This document shows, in pieces, positions 37,125 through 45,473 of a DNA stretch of 64,000 nt. The notes under the pieces are model-generated. The model saw only the letters and a program-made list of their open reading frames with translations. It had not been told where the DNA came from and searched no databases. Location of the stretch: assembly GCA_041396705.1 (NCBI GenBank), contig JAWKYB010000003.1:28985-92984 (forward strand), read 5' to 3'. Origin of the DNA: Alphaproteobacteria bacterium. Lineage in GTDB: Bacteria; Pseudomonadota; Alphaproteobacteria; CALKHQ01. Numbering within the stretch: the first letter of the stretch is position 1; each line of letters starts with the position of its first letter. The position numbers and the translations under genes were made by a program.

Positions 37125-38195
37125 CTATTCGGCCGGAACCAGTCCAGCGTCGTCCTTGCCCCCCGGCGGGGCCGGCGGCAGCTTGCGGTCGACCCACCAG
37201 TCCGGATTGCGGTGCTGGCGGATCAGTGCCGGGAAGATCTCCCGATAGGCCGCCAGGGTGCTGGGATAGGGCGGCGGGCAGTCGGCCTTGATCTCCTCGT
37301 GCAGCGCCGGCAGGGCGTGGAACGGCACCATCGGGAACATGTGGTGCTCGATGTGGTAGTTCATGTTCGAATAGAGATAGCGGAACACCGGGTTCATGTA
37401 GACCGTGCGGGTGTTCAGCCGGTGGTCGAGCACGTCGTCGGCCAGCCCGATATGCTGGGTCATGCCGAAGAACAGCACCAGCCAGTGGCCGTAGAACTGC
37501 GGCAGCAGGAACATCACGATCGGCAGCAGCGACCACGCGATCAGCGCCCAGGCGATGATTGCCGCCCAGATCGCGATCCACACCCGCGCGGTCCAGAACA
37601 TCCGGTTCCAGTCGGACTCGGGAATGAAATCGCGCTCGTGGTCGCTTACCTTGCCGGCGGCGTGGGCGAACACGCGCATGATGGTCTGGGTGCCGCCCTT
37701 CAGATTGAAGATGGTCAGCACCAGGCCGAGAAAGTCGGGCGGGCGCGGGGTGATGATCTCCGGGTCGCGGCCGACAATGATGGTGTCGGTGTGGTGGCGC
37801 ACATGGCTCCAGCGCCAGACATCGGGCTCGCGGTACAGGAAGAAGCAGGCGAACTGGTAGACGACGTCGTTCAGCCAGTTGGTCTTGAAGCAGGTGCGGT
37901 GGCCGCACTCGTGCCAGCGCGAATCGGCCGAACCGGTGATCAGCGTGCCGTAGACCGGCAGCGTCAGCAGCAGCCACCAGGTGCCCCAGGACCAGACCAC
38001 CAGCGCGCCGGCGGCGAAGACCAGCGCGAACCACAGCCCCTGCCACCACAGGCCCGGCCAATCGCTGCGCTGCATCAGCTCCTTCATCCGCTTGCGCGGT
38101 ACGTCGCATTTGTACCAGTCGGCCGAGACCAGGCCGCGCTCGAAAGCGCGCACCGTCTCGGCACCGTTCAGGCTGTAGTCGCGTCGCACGGTCAT
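37125..38195 (-). CDS. Membrane fatty-acid-desaturase-family di-iron hydroxylase/desaturase.
   Basis: Three His boxes HECGH, HVRHH and HIEHH, with multiple TM segments. RBS: GGGGAGAG, 6 nt, ATG. Confidence 0.8.
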   Translation of the reverse strand: MTVRRDYSLNGAETVRAFERGLVSADWYKCDVPRKRMKELMQRSDWPGLWWQGLWFALVFAAGALVVWSWGTWWLLLTLPVYGTLITGSADSRWHECGHRTCFKTNWLNDVVYQFACFFLYREPDVWRWSHVRHHTDTIIVGRDPEIITPRPPDFLGLVLTIFNLKGGTQTIMRVFAHAAGKVSDHERDFIPESDWNRMFWTARVWIAIWAAIIAWALIAWSLLPIVMFLLPQFYGHWLVLFFGMTQHIGLADDVLDHRLNTRTVYMNPVFRYLYSNMNYHIEHHMFPMVPFHALPALHEEIKADCPPPYPSTLAAYREIFPALIRQHRNPDWWVDRKLPPAPPGGKDDAGLVPAE

Positions 38196-38352
38196 CGCGC
38201 ACTCTCCCCAGCGTGCGCCTGCCTTCGGCAGGGTCGTCTGTCTAAGTAATAGGCGAAGCCGCCCGCGCAATCAATGCGGCGATGACGGAACCCATCAAAT
38301 CAATCAGCTCTTGACGGCAGGAACCATCAAAAACCATCAGACCGGGCCGGCG

Positions 38353-39300
38353 TCACGCATCGTTGGCGCTGCGCCTGCGCTTGTGGGCGACGAGGGCCAT
38401 CAACTCGCGGTCGCGCCAGCGCGTGCGCGCGGCGATGCGGTCGCGCGGCAGGCTGGCGCTGCGCTCCGCCGCGATCCGTTCGGCCAGGGCGGGGCCCCAG
38501 TCGGGCCGGCGCTGCTGCGACGGCCACAGCCGGACATAGATGTCCTGGTAGCGCTCGACGTAGTCGGTCACGCCGCCGGGGGCGTTCAGGTCGATGGTCT
38601 CGAACGGGCCCATGAAGGCCCAGCGCAGGCCGAGGCCGTCGCGGATCCCGACATCGACGTCCTCGGCGCTGGCATAGCCGTCGTCGACCAGCCGGAATGC
38701 CTCCTGCAGCAACGCGCCCTGCATCCGGTTCATGATGAAGCCGGCGAGTTCCTTCTTCATCACGATCGGCACCTGGCCGATGGCGCGCATCAGGGCCGCG
38801 GTGCGCGCGACCGTCTCCTGCGCGGTCCAGGGCGCGGGCACCACCTCGACCGCCGGCACCAGATAGGGCGGGTTGATCGGGTGGGCGACCACGCAGCGCG
38901 CACCGCCGGACAACCCCTCGGAAAAGGCCGAGGGCAGGATCGCCGAGGTCGAGCTGGCCAGCACCGTCTCCGGCGCCGCCAGCGCGTCGAGTTGCTGCCA
39001 CAGCGGCCGCTTGACCTCCAGCCGCTCCGGGGCGTTCTCCTGCACGTGGTCCGCACCGTCCAGCGCGTCCTCCAGGCTGGCGGCGACGGCGATGCGCTGC
39101 ATCACCTGCGCTTCGGTCTGGCCGTCGAGCAGGTCGGCCGCGGCGAGGTCGGCCAGCATGGCCGGGATCAGCGCCCGCGAGGCCGCGGCGGCGCCGTCGA
39201 CCGGGTCGTACATCGAAACCGCGCAGCCGCCGCGGGCGAAGCTGATCGCCCATGCCCGCCCGATCAGGCCGGCCCCGACCAGTCCGATTTTCTGCACCAT
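38353..39300 (-). CDS. 3-hydroxyacyl-CoA dehydrogenase family protein (L-carnitine dehydrogenase-like).
   Basis: MVQKIGLVGAGLIGRAWAISFA is a Rossmann motif. The 3HCDH C-terminal domain is present. Confidence 0.75.
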   Translation of the reverse strand: MVQKIGLVGAGLIGRAWAISFARGGCAVSMYDPVDGAAAASRALIPAMLADLAAADLLDGQTEAQVMQRIAVAASLEDALDGADHVQENAPERLEVKRPLWQQLDALAAPETVLASSTSAILPSAFSEGLSGGARCVVAHPINPPYLVPAVEVVPAPWTAQETVARTAALMRAIGQVPIVMKKELAGFIMNRMQGALLQEAFRLVDDGYASAEDVDVGIRDGLGLRWAFMGPFETIDLNAPGGVTDYVERYQDIYVRLWPSQQRRPDWGPALAERIAAERSASLPRDRIAARTRWRDRELMALVAHKRRRSANDA

Positions 39301-39371
39301 GCACCTCCGCCAAGGGTCTAGATTTGCGGCGCCTCGCCGTCGCCGCGCACCATGCACCGGGCCCCGTTGCC

Positions 39372-39989
39372 ATGACCAGAGCCTCGACCGCACCCACCGC
39401 CCAGCGCCTGGCCGCCGCCGCGACCGACGCGATCCGGCGTGCCGACTGGCCCAAGGCGGAGGCGACGTTGCGCCGCCTGGTCAAGCTGCGCGATGCGCCG
39501 GCGGAGGCGTCCTACAACCTGGCCCAGGTCCTGCTGCGCGCCGGCAAGCCGGAGCAGGCCGGCAGCTGGCTGCGGCGGGCGGTATCGCTGCGCGCCGACT
39601 ACGGTATCGCCTGGTTCGAACTCGGCCGGTGGCTGGTGGAACAGGGCGAGCCGGCCGAGGCGCGCGACTGCTTTGCCAGGGCCACGGTGCTGCTGCCCGA
39701 GGATACCGATGGCTGGCGCAACCTGGCGCGGCTGGCGGAGCGGCTGGGCGATCCCGCCCAGGCCCGCGACGCCTGGCGCCGGATCGCCGGCGCCGGCTTC
39801 GCCGAGGCCAGGGTCGGCCTGATGCGTGCGCTGCTGGAGCTGCGCGACCCCGAAGGCGAGGTCCTGCGCCGCGCGCTGTGGCGCGAGCCGGCGCTGCGGC
39901 CGCTGGTTCTGCGCGCGGTCACCCGGTCCACCGCCGGCCGCATCGCGCTGGCGGCAGATGGGCCGTCGGCTCAGTCGCCGGAGCGATAG
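39372..39989 (+). CDS. Tetratricopeptide-repeat protein.
   Basis: Three or four TPR units are present (AEASYNLAQVLLRAGKPEQA.., ADYGIAWFELGRWLVEQGEPAEA..). Confidence 0.55.
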   Translation: MTRASTAPTAQRLAAAATDAIRRADWPKAEATLRRLVKLRDAPAEASYNLAQVLLRAGKPEQAGSWLRRAVSLRADYGIAWFELGRWLVEQGEPAEARDCFARATVLLPEDTDGWRNLARLAERLGDPAQARDAWRRIAGAGFAEARVGLMRALLELRDPEGEVLRRALWREPALRPLVLRAVTRSTAGRIALAADGPSAQSPER

Positions 39990-40678
39990 TCTTTGCGATA
40001 GACCCCGCGCTCGTCCTGCAGCCGTTGCTGCAGTTCGCGGGTGGCGGCCTGGTGCGCGGCGTCCATCGTCTCGACCGTCAGAGCGATGCGGTCGCGCGGC
40101 AGCGGGATCGCCTGCGCCACCGGCGTGCCGGCCGGGATGGTGCCGACGAAGGCGGGATCGGTCCACAGCGCCGGAAAATGGACGTAGCCATCGGCGTAGC
40201 TGTCGCAGTCGACCAGGCCGGTCAGCGTGTGGAACGGCGTCGTCGGCCGGCCGAACGGGTGGGTGAACAGCACCGACCAGCCCGGCGGCGCCTGCAGGGT
40301 CCAGAAGTTCATGAACTTGACCACGAAGCGCCCGGTGATGGCGAGCGGCGCGCCGCTGGCCTGTTCCGGCGCGTGCACGCCGATCGGCGCCCGACTGGTC
40401 AGCTGGTCCGGCAGCGCCGGCGGATTCCAGTCCCAGGCGATCTCGCCGTCGGCGACGTGCAGGTCGCATGCGAGCGGCATCAGCAGGCCGAGCCCGAGGG
40501 CGTCGACCAGCGGCGGGCAGTGCTTCAGCGTGCGCATAGGGATGCCGCCCAGGCTGTCGGCCGGCACCTCCGCCGGCATGTCGCGCAGCCAGTCCGGCCG
40601 GGCCTCGCGCGCCGGCACCGGCCGCGGCAGGATCGGCTGCAGCGCCGGGTGGCAACGGGCCGTCAGCGCCACGCTCAC
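39971..40678 (-). CDS. Hypothetical protein, 235 aa, last gene of the ABC operon.
   Basis: The ORF lies 4 nt after the permease stop. It overlaps the convergent TPR gene by 19 nt. The start codon is uncertain. Confidence 0.4.
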   Translation of the reverse strand: MSVALTARCHPALQPILPRPVPAREARPDWLRDMPAEVPADSLGGIPMRTLKHCPPLVDALGLGLLMPLACDLHVADGEIAWDWNPPALPDQLTSRAPIGVHAPEQASGAPLAITGRFVVKFMNFWTLQAPPGWSVLFTHPFGRPTTPFHTLTGLVDCDSYADGYVHFPALWTDPAFVGTIPAGTPVAQAIPLPRDRIALTVETMDAAHQAATRELQQRLQDERGVYRKDYRSGD

Positions 40679-40682
40679 GCGC

Positions 40683-41543
40683 TCAGCCCGTCTTGCGCGC
40701 GGCCTCGCGCCGCAATGCGAGGGTGTGGGTCACCGCGGCGGCGACAGTCAGCACCACGATGATGGCGCCGATCGCGTTGATCACCGGCGGGTGGCCGTTC
40801 GGGTTGCGCACCATCGCCCCGATCTCGGTGGAGAAGGTGCAGGCGCCGCCCTTGGCGAACATGGTGGTGTTGTAGTTCTCGAACGACGACATGAAGGCGA
40901 TCACCGCGGCGCTGGCCAGCGCCGGCAGCAGATAGGGCAGGGTGATGCGCCGGAACACCCGCCAGGGCGAGGCGCCGAGGTCGAGCGCCGCTTCCTCGTG
41001 CTCCGGCGGCTGGCGCTGCAGGCGGGCCATCACCACCAGCATCGGATAGCCGGCAATGAAGGTGGTCTGGGCGATGATCACCGTGGTCAGCCCGGCGCTG
41101 ACGCCCATGCCGTTCCACAGGATCATGGTCGACAGCCCGAGCACGATGCCCGGCGCCAGCATCGGCGACAGCAGCACCCACCACAGGAAGCTGTTGAAGC
41201 GGGTCTGCCAGCGGGTCAGCATCACCGCGCCCGCCAGCCCCAGCACCAGCGACAGCGGCACGACGAAGGCGGCGACGATCATCGAGTTGCCGAAGCAGTC
41301 GTACAGCCGGGGCCGGTCCAGGCTGCGCAGCACCGGGTCGGCGCGGAGCCCGGTCTCGTCCATCCACAGGAAGGCGTACCACTTGCCGGTCAGGCCCTGC
41401 CAGTCGGTGACGCTGGGCGGCGAGACGTCGTTGAACGAGGCGACGATCAGCAGCAGCAGCGGCAGGAACATGAACAGCAGGAACAGCCAGGTGTAGCCGC
41501 GCAGCAGGCGCGCGCTGAACCGATGCGTCGCGGCGGCGCTCAT
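40683..41543 (-). CDS. ABC transporter permease (PotC/PotI-like).
   Basis: TM protein with EEAALDLGASPWRVFRRITLP, an EAA motif. The ATG overlaps the upstream stop as ATGA. Confidence 0.8.
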   Translation of the reverse strand: MSAAATHRFSARLLRGYTWLFLLFMFLPLLLLIVASFNDVSPPSVTDWQGLTGKWYAFLWMDETGLRADPVLRSLDRPRLYDCFGNSMIVAAFVVPLSLVLGLAGAVMLTRWQTRFNSFLWWVLLSPMLAPGIVLGLSTMILWNGMGVSAGLTTVIIAQTTFIAGYPMLVVMARLQRQPPEHEEAALDLGASPWRVFRRITLPYLLPALASAAVIAFMSSFENYNTTMFAKGGACTFSTEIGAMVRNPNGHPPVINAIGAIIVVLTVAAAVTHTLALRREAARKTG

Positions 41544-42934
41544 GCCCGCACGAAGTCCTTCAGCCGCGCGCGCACCGCCCACATGAACACGCCGACAATG
41601 GCGAAGCAGATGAACATGTAGGCGAAGGCGTAGGCCGAGCCGAGGTTGCTGTTCTGCGATTCGAAGAACTTGTTGTAGATGGTCTGGCTGAACCATTCGC
41701 CCTGCAGGCCGCGCGAGATGATGCGCGGCACCGAGAAGGCGCCCGCCGACAGCATGAAGGTGGCGATGCAGCCGACCGCGATGCCCGGCTTGGCGTGCGG
41801 GACGATGATGCGGCGGTGGATGCGCCAGGTGCTGGCGCCGAGGTCGTGGGCCGCCTCGATCTGGTTGCGGTCCAGCGTCGCCATCACGTTGTACAGCGGG
41901 AACACCATGAACAGGATGTAGGTGTAGACGATCACCACGAAGACGGTGATCGGGCTGCGCTTGAACGCGATCGCCTCGTCGGCGGCGAGGTCGAGCACGC
42001 CGAGCCAGTCGAGGATCTGGTTGAACACGCCGTTGGCGTCGATCAGCGCCACCCAGGCGTAGATCCGCATCAGCTCGACCGTCGCATAGGGGATGATCAG
42101 CGCCAGGAACAGCCAGACGGCGCGCTGCGGCGTGGCCACCAGCGCCAGGTTGTAGGCGATCGGATAGCAGGCGATGAGCGCGAGCCCGGTGGCGAGCACC
42201 GCGAACAGGATCGTGCGCATCAGGGTGGTCAGCGTGATCCGCTCATAGACCGTGCCGTCGCGCTCGAACCGCAGGCCGATCCATTCCTGCAGCTGGCTGC
42301 CGAACTCGGCATCGGCGCGGGCCTTGGCCTCCTCGGTCAGCGGGATCGCCCGCGGCTCGAAGATGAAGGCGAAGTTGGCCAGACCGTGCGAGCTTGCCGA
42401 GGCTTCCGCCTGCAGCAGTTGCGCGCGCAGCGCCTCGGCGGCGTCCTGCACCGCCTGCGCCTGGGCGAGTTGGGTTTCGAGGTCGGCGCTGCCGTCGACC
42501 GCCAGGGTCGCGATGCCGTATTCGAGATCGAGCCAGGCCTGCTCGCCCTCGTCGCGGGCCAGCATCTGGTGGGTGGTGGCGCGGTCGCACTGGATGATGT
42601 AGGGCAGGCCGCTGCCGCCGGGGCTGGGCGCGGCCATGATCGAAGGCGACGGCGACGGCGAGGGGGACGGCGTGATCGAGGGGATCGCCAGCCCGCCGCC
42701 GTCCTGGTCTGCGCCCGTATCGTCGCGATAGGATTCGAGGACGGTGCGACAGGTGTGCGCATCCTGCCCGACGGCGTAGGCGATGGAGGAGTCGAGCTGG
42801 CGCAGCGGCGTGCGCAGGGCGCTGTCCAGCATGCTGACCTGCGGCAGGATGATCAGCAGTACGCCCCACAGCGCGGTCACCGAGACGAACAGTGCCGTCA
42901 GGCCGTGGCCGTAGGCCTGGATCAGCCTACGCAT
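41540..42934 (-). CDS. ABC transporter permease (PotB/PotH-like) with an insertion of about 200 aa between TM1 and TM2.
   Basis: The EAA motif is IEAAHDLGASTWRIHRRIIVP. The insertion contains PSPSPSPSPS and coiled-coil-like Ala/Gln-rich segments. Confidence 0.75.
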   Translation of the reverse strand: MRRLIQAYGHGLTALFVSVTALWGVLLIILPQVSMLDSALRTPLRQLDSSIAYAVGQDAHTCRTVLESYRDDTGADQDGGGLAIPSITPSPSPSPSPSIMAAPSPGGSGLPYIIQCDRATTHQMLARDEGEQAWLDLEYGIATLAVDGSADLETQLAQAQAVQDAAEALRAQLLQAEASASSHGLANFAFIFEPRAIPLTEEAKARADAEFGSQLQEWIGLRFERDGTVYERITLTTLMRTILFAVLATGLALIACYPIAYNLALVATPQRAVWLFLALIIPYATVELMRIYAWVALIDANGVFNQILDWLGVLDLAADEAIAFKRSPITVFVVIVYTYILFMVFPLYNVMATLDRNQIEAAHDLGASTWRIHRRIIVPHAKPGIAVGCIATFMLSAGAFSVPRIISRGLQGEWFSQTIYNKFFESQNSNLGSAYAFAYMFICFAIVGVFMWAVRARLKDFVRA

Positions 42935-44048
42935 TCTCGGCCATGTCGCGGCCGGTGGCGGCCAGGGCGCCGGCGGGCAGCACGATCGCGTCCTCGCAGG
43001 CGAAGCCGATGCGCTGCGGGCCGGCCATGTCGCGCCCGGCGTTGCCGGTATTGGTCAGGTGCATCGTCACCTCGCGCTGCCCGGCGCGTAGCAGCACGTT
43101 GACGAACGGACCCTCCAGGTCGCGACGCTCGACCGCGGCATCGAGCTCGTTGCCGTAGCGATCGCCCGGCTGCTGCGCGGCGAGGCCGACATGTTCGGGC
43201 CGCACGAACACCATCGCCTCGGCGCCGACCGGCAGGTTGCCCGGATTGCGGCCGAGGAACCGGCCGAGCGGGGTCTCGACATAGGCCATGCCGTCTTCCA
43301 GCGCGGCGACGCTGCCCGGAAACACGTTGGTCTCGCCGACGAAGCTGGCGACGAAGGCGGTGGCCGGGTTGCCATAGACCTCGTCCGCCGGACCGACCTG
43401 CTCGATCACGCCCTCGCGCATCACCGCGACGCGGTCCGACATGGTCAGGGCCTCGCCCTGGTCGTGGGTGATGTAGATGAAGGTGACGCCGGTCTTGCGC
43501 TGGATCGCGCGCAGCTCCGCCCGCATGTGCTGGCGCAGCTTGAGGTCCAGCGCCGACAGCGGCTCGTCCAGCAGCAGCACCGACGGCTCGACCGCCAGCG
43601 CCCGCGCGATCGCCACCCGCTGGCGCTGGCCGCCGGACAGCTCGGTCGGCTTCTTCTCGCCCTGACCGGTCAGCGCGACCAGGTCGAGCAGTTCCATCGC
43701 CCGCTTGCGGCGGGAACGCCGGTCGACGCCGCGCGCTTCCAAACCGAAGGCGACGTTCTCCCACACCGTCATCAGCGGGAACAGCGCGAGGTTCTGGAAG
43801 ATCAGCGCCGTCGGCCGCGCGTTCGGGCCGGAGCGGCCCATGTCGACGCCGCCGATCAGGATGCGGCCTGCCGACGGCTGCACGAAACCGGAGACGGCGC
43901 GAAGGATGGTGGTCTTGCCGCAGCCGGAGGGGCCGAGGATCGAGAAGAACTCGCCCGCCTCGATGGTCAGCGAGGTCGGCTGGACCGCCGTGAAGCCGTT
44001 GGGATAGGTGATCCGGAGCTGGTCCAGGACCACGTCCTTGCCGTGCAT
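42927..44048 (-). CDS. ABC transporter ATP-binding protein (PotA-like, with a C-terminal TOBE/MOP-like domain).
   Basis: GPSGCGKTT, LSGGQRQRVAIARA and LLLDEPLSALD are present. Confidence 0.85.
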   Translation of the reverse strand: MHGKDVVLDQLRITYPNGFTAVQPTSLTIEAGEFFSILGPSGCGKTTILRAVSGFVQPSAGRILIGGVDMGRSGPNARPTALIFQNLALFPLMTVWENVAFGLEARGVDRRSRRKRAMELLDLVALTGQGEKKPTELSGGQRQRVAIARALAVEPSVLLLDEPLSALDLKLRQHMRAELRAIQRKTGVTFIYITHDQGEALTMSDRVAVMREGVIEQVGPADEVYGNPATAFVASFVGETNVFPGSVAALEDGMAYVETPLGRFLGRNPGNLPVGAEAMVFVRPEHVGLAAQQPGDRYGNELDAAVERRDLEGPFVNVLLRAGQREVTMHLTNTGNAGRDMAGPQRIGFACEDAIVLPAGALAATGRDMAENA

Positions 44049-44124
44049 GGCCGCTGCACTCGTGGCGCGGGCGCAGGCGGGCCGGCCGCGGGCGACGTGC
44101 CCGGCGGCCGGCCCGCAGCGGCCG

Positions 44125-45255
44125 TCAGGCGTTGGTGATGATCTCGACGAACTCGTCGCGCACCGGCGCGAAGAAAGCCGTGTCGGCCTGCCACCACCAC
44201 ATGTTGTTCAGCACCTCGGCGGTGTAGGTCTCGTTGAACTGGCGCTTGAACTCGTCGGAGGCGAAATCGGCGGCGCCGGCCACGGCGGAGTTGTAGCCGG
44301 TGTTGTTGGAGAACATGCCGCCGATCTCCGGCTTCAGCACGAAGTTGATGAAGGCGTAGGCCTGGTCGGCGTTGGCGACCCCCGACGGGATGCCGATCGA
44401 ATCGAGCCAGGTGATGATGCCGTCCTTCGGCGCCCGGTAGACGAAGTTCGGGTCCTCGCGGTTCAGCAGCAGCCCGGTGGTGTCCCAGGTCTGGCCGATG
44501 ACGCAGCCCGCGTCCTTGAACGCGCCGGTCGCCTCGGTGGCGTTGTTCCAGAAGGCGCCGAAATTCGCCTTGTGCTCGATGATGAACTGGGTGACCGCGC
44601 CCCAGACCCGGCGCGCATCGTCCTCGGACTTGTAGACGTCGAGCATGCGGTTCGACGGCACCTCGCCGGTGGCGTCGAGATAGAGGCCGGTGCCCATGAT
44701 CGCGGATTTCTGGCGGAACGCCGCCGCGCCCTCGGCCTCCGACCGCCACAGGTCGCCGAACGACAGGTCCGCGTCGCTGATGTTCAGCGCGCCGCGGTTC
44801 AGGGTGATGCCCTCGGTGCCCCAGTCGAACGGGATCAGATAGCGCTTGCCGTTATAGGTGGCGCCGAGCTGCACGGAATCGCGCAGGAACGACGGAATCA
44901 CCGAGTCGAGATTGGCCTTCGCCTCGTCGATCGGTGCCAGCCAGATGCCGTCCGGTGCGTTCGGGTCCTCATAGCCGGCCCGGTTGGTGATCGAGGGCAT
45001 GATGACGTCGAAGCCCTTGCCGCCGTTGGCGCGCAGGGTCGATTCCGCCTCGTCGTTGGAGCCATAGGTGGTCAGGTTCAGGGTGATGCCGGTCTCGGCC
45101 TCGAACGCCTCGGCGATGTTGGGCTGGACGTAGTCCTGCCAGGCGAAGACGTTGACGGAGCCCGACGTGGCGAGCGCGTCATGGGCGCGCAGGACGGCGG
45201 GTGCAGCGACGGCCGCGGCCGCGCCCTTGAGGACGGAACGGCGTGAAATGGGCAT
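44125..45255 (-). CDS. Periplasmic substrate-binding protein (PotD/PotF family) with a Tat signal.
   Basis: MPISRRSVLKGAAAAVAAPAV is the Tat signal. RBS: AGGGAG, 6 nt, ATG. Confidence 0.8.
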   Translation of the reverse strand: MPISRRSVLKGAAAAVAAPAVLRAHDALATSGSVNVFAWQDYVQPNIAEAFEAETGITLNLTTYGSNDEAESTLRANGGKGFDVIMPSITNRAGYEDPNAPDGIWLAPIDEAKANLDSVIPSFLRDSVQLGATYNGKRYLIPFDWGTEGITLNRGALNISDADLSFGDLWRSEAEGAAAFRQKSAIMGTGLYLDATGEVPSNRMLDVYKSEDDARRVWGAVTQFIIEHKANFGAFWNNATEATGAFKDAGCVIGQTWDTTGLLLNREDPNFVYRAPKDGIITWLDSIGIPSGVANADQAYAFINFVLKPEIGGMFSNNTGYNSAVAGAADFASDEFKRQFNETYTAEVLNNMWWWQADTAFFAPVRDEFVEIITNA

Positions 45256-45473
45256 CGGAAACTCCCTGTGCATTGCTTGCGGTCTTCTTGGGCATCTACC
45301 AGCGTCGCATGCCACCCCGATTACGGTTCGATGACGGTCTTGTGACACTCCGGAATCGCGACCGAATCGGGCGCTCTGGCGCCATTCTGGTGACATGGCT
45401 GACGGCTAGAGACGCTACGGTAGCGCCGCACGATGCGGCGGGCGAGTCGAAAAAGCGCGGCGAGGGAACGGCG

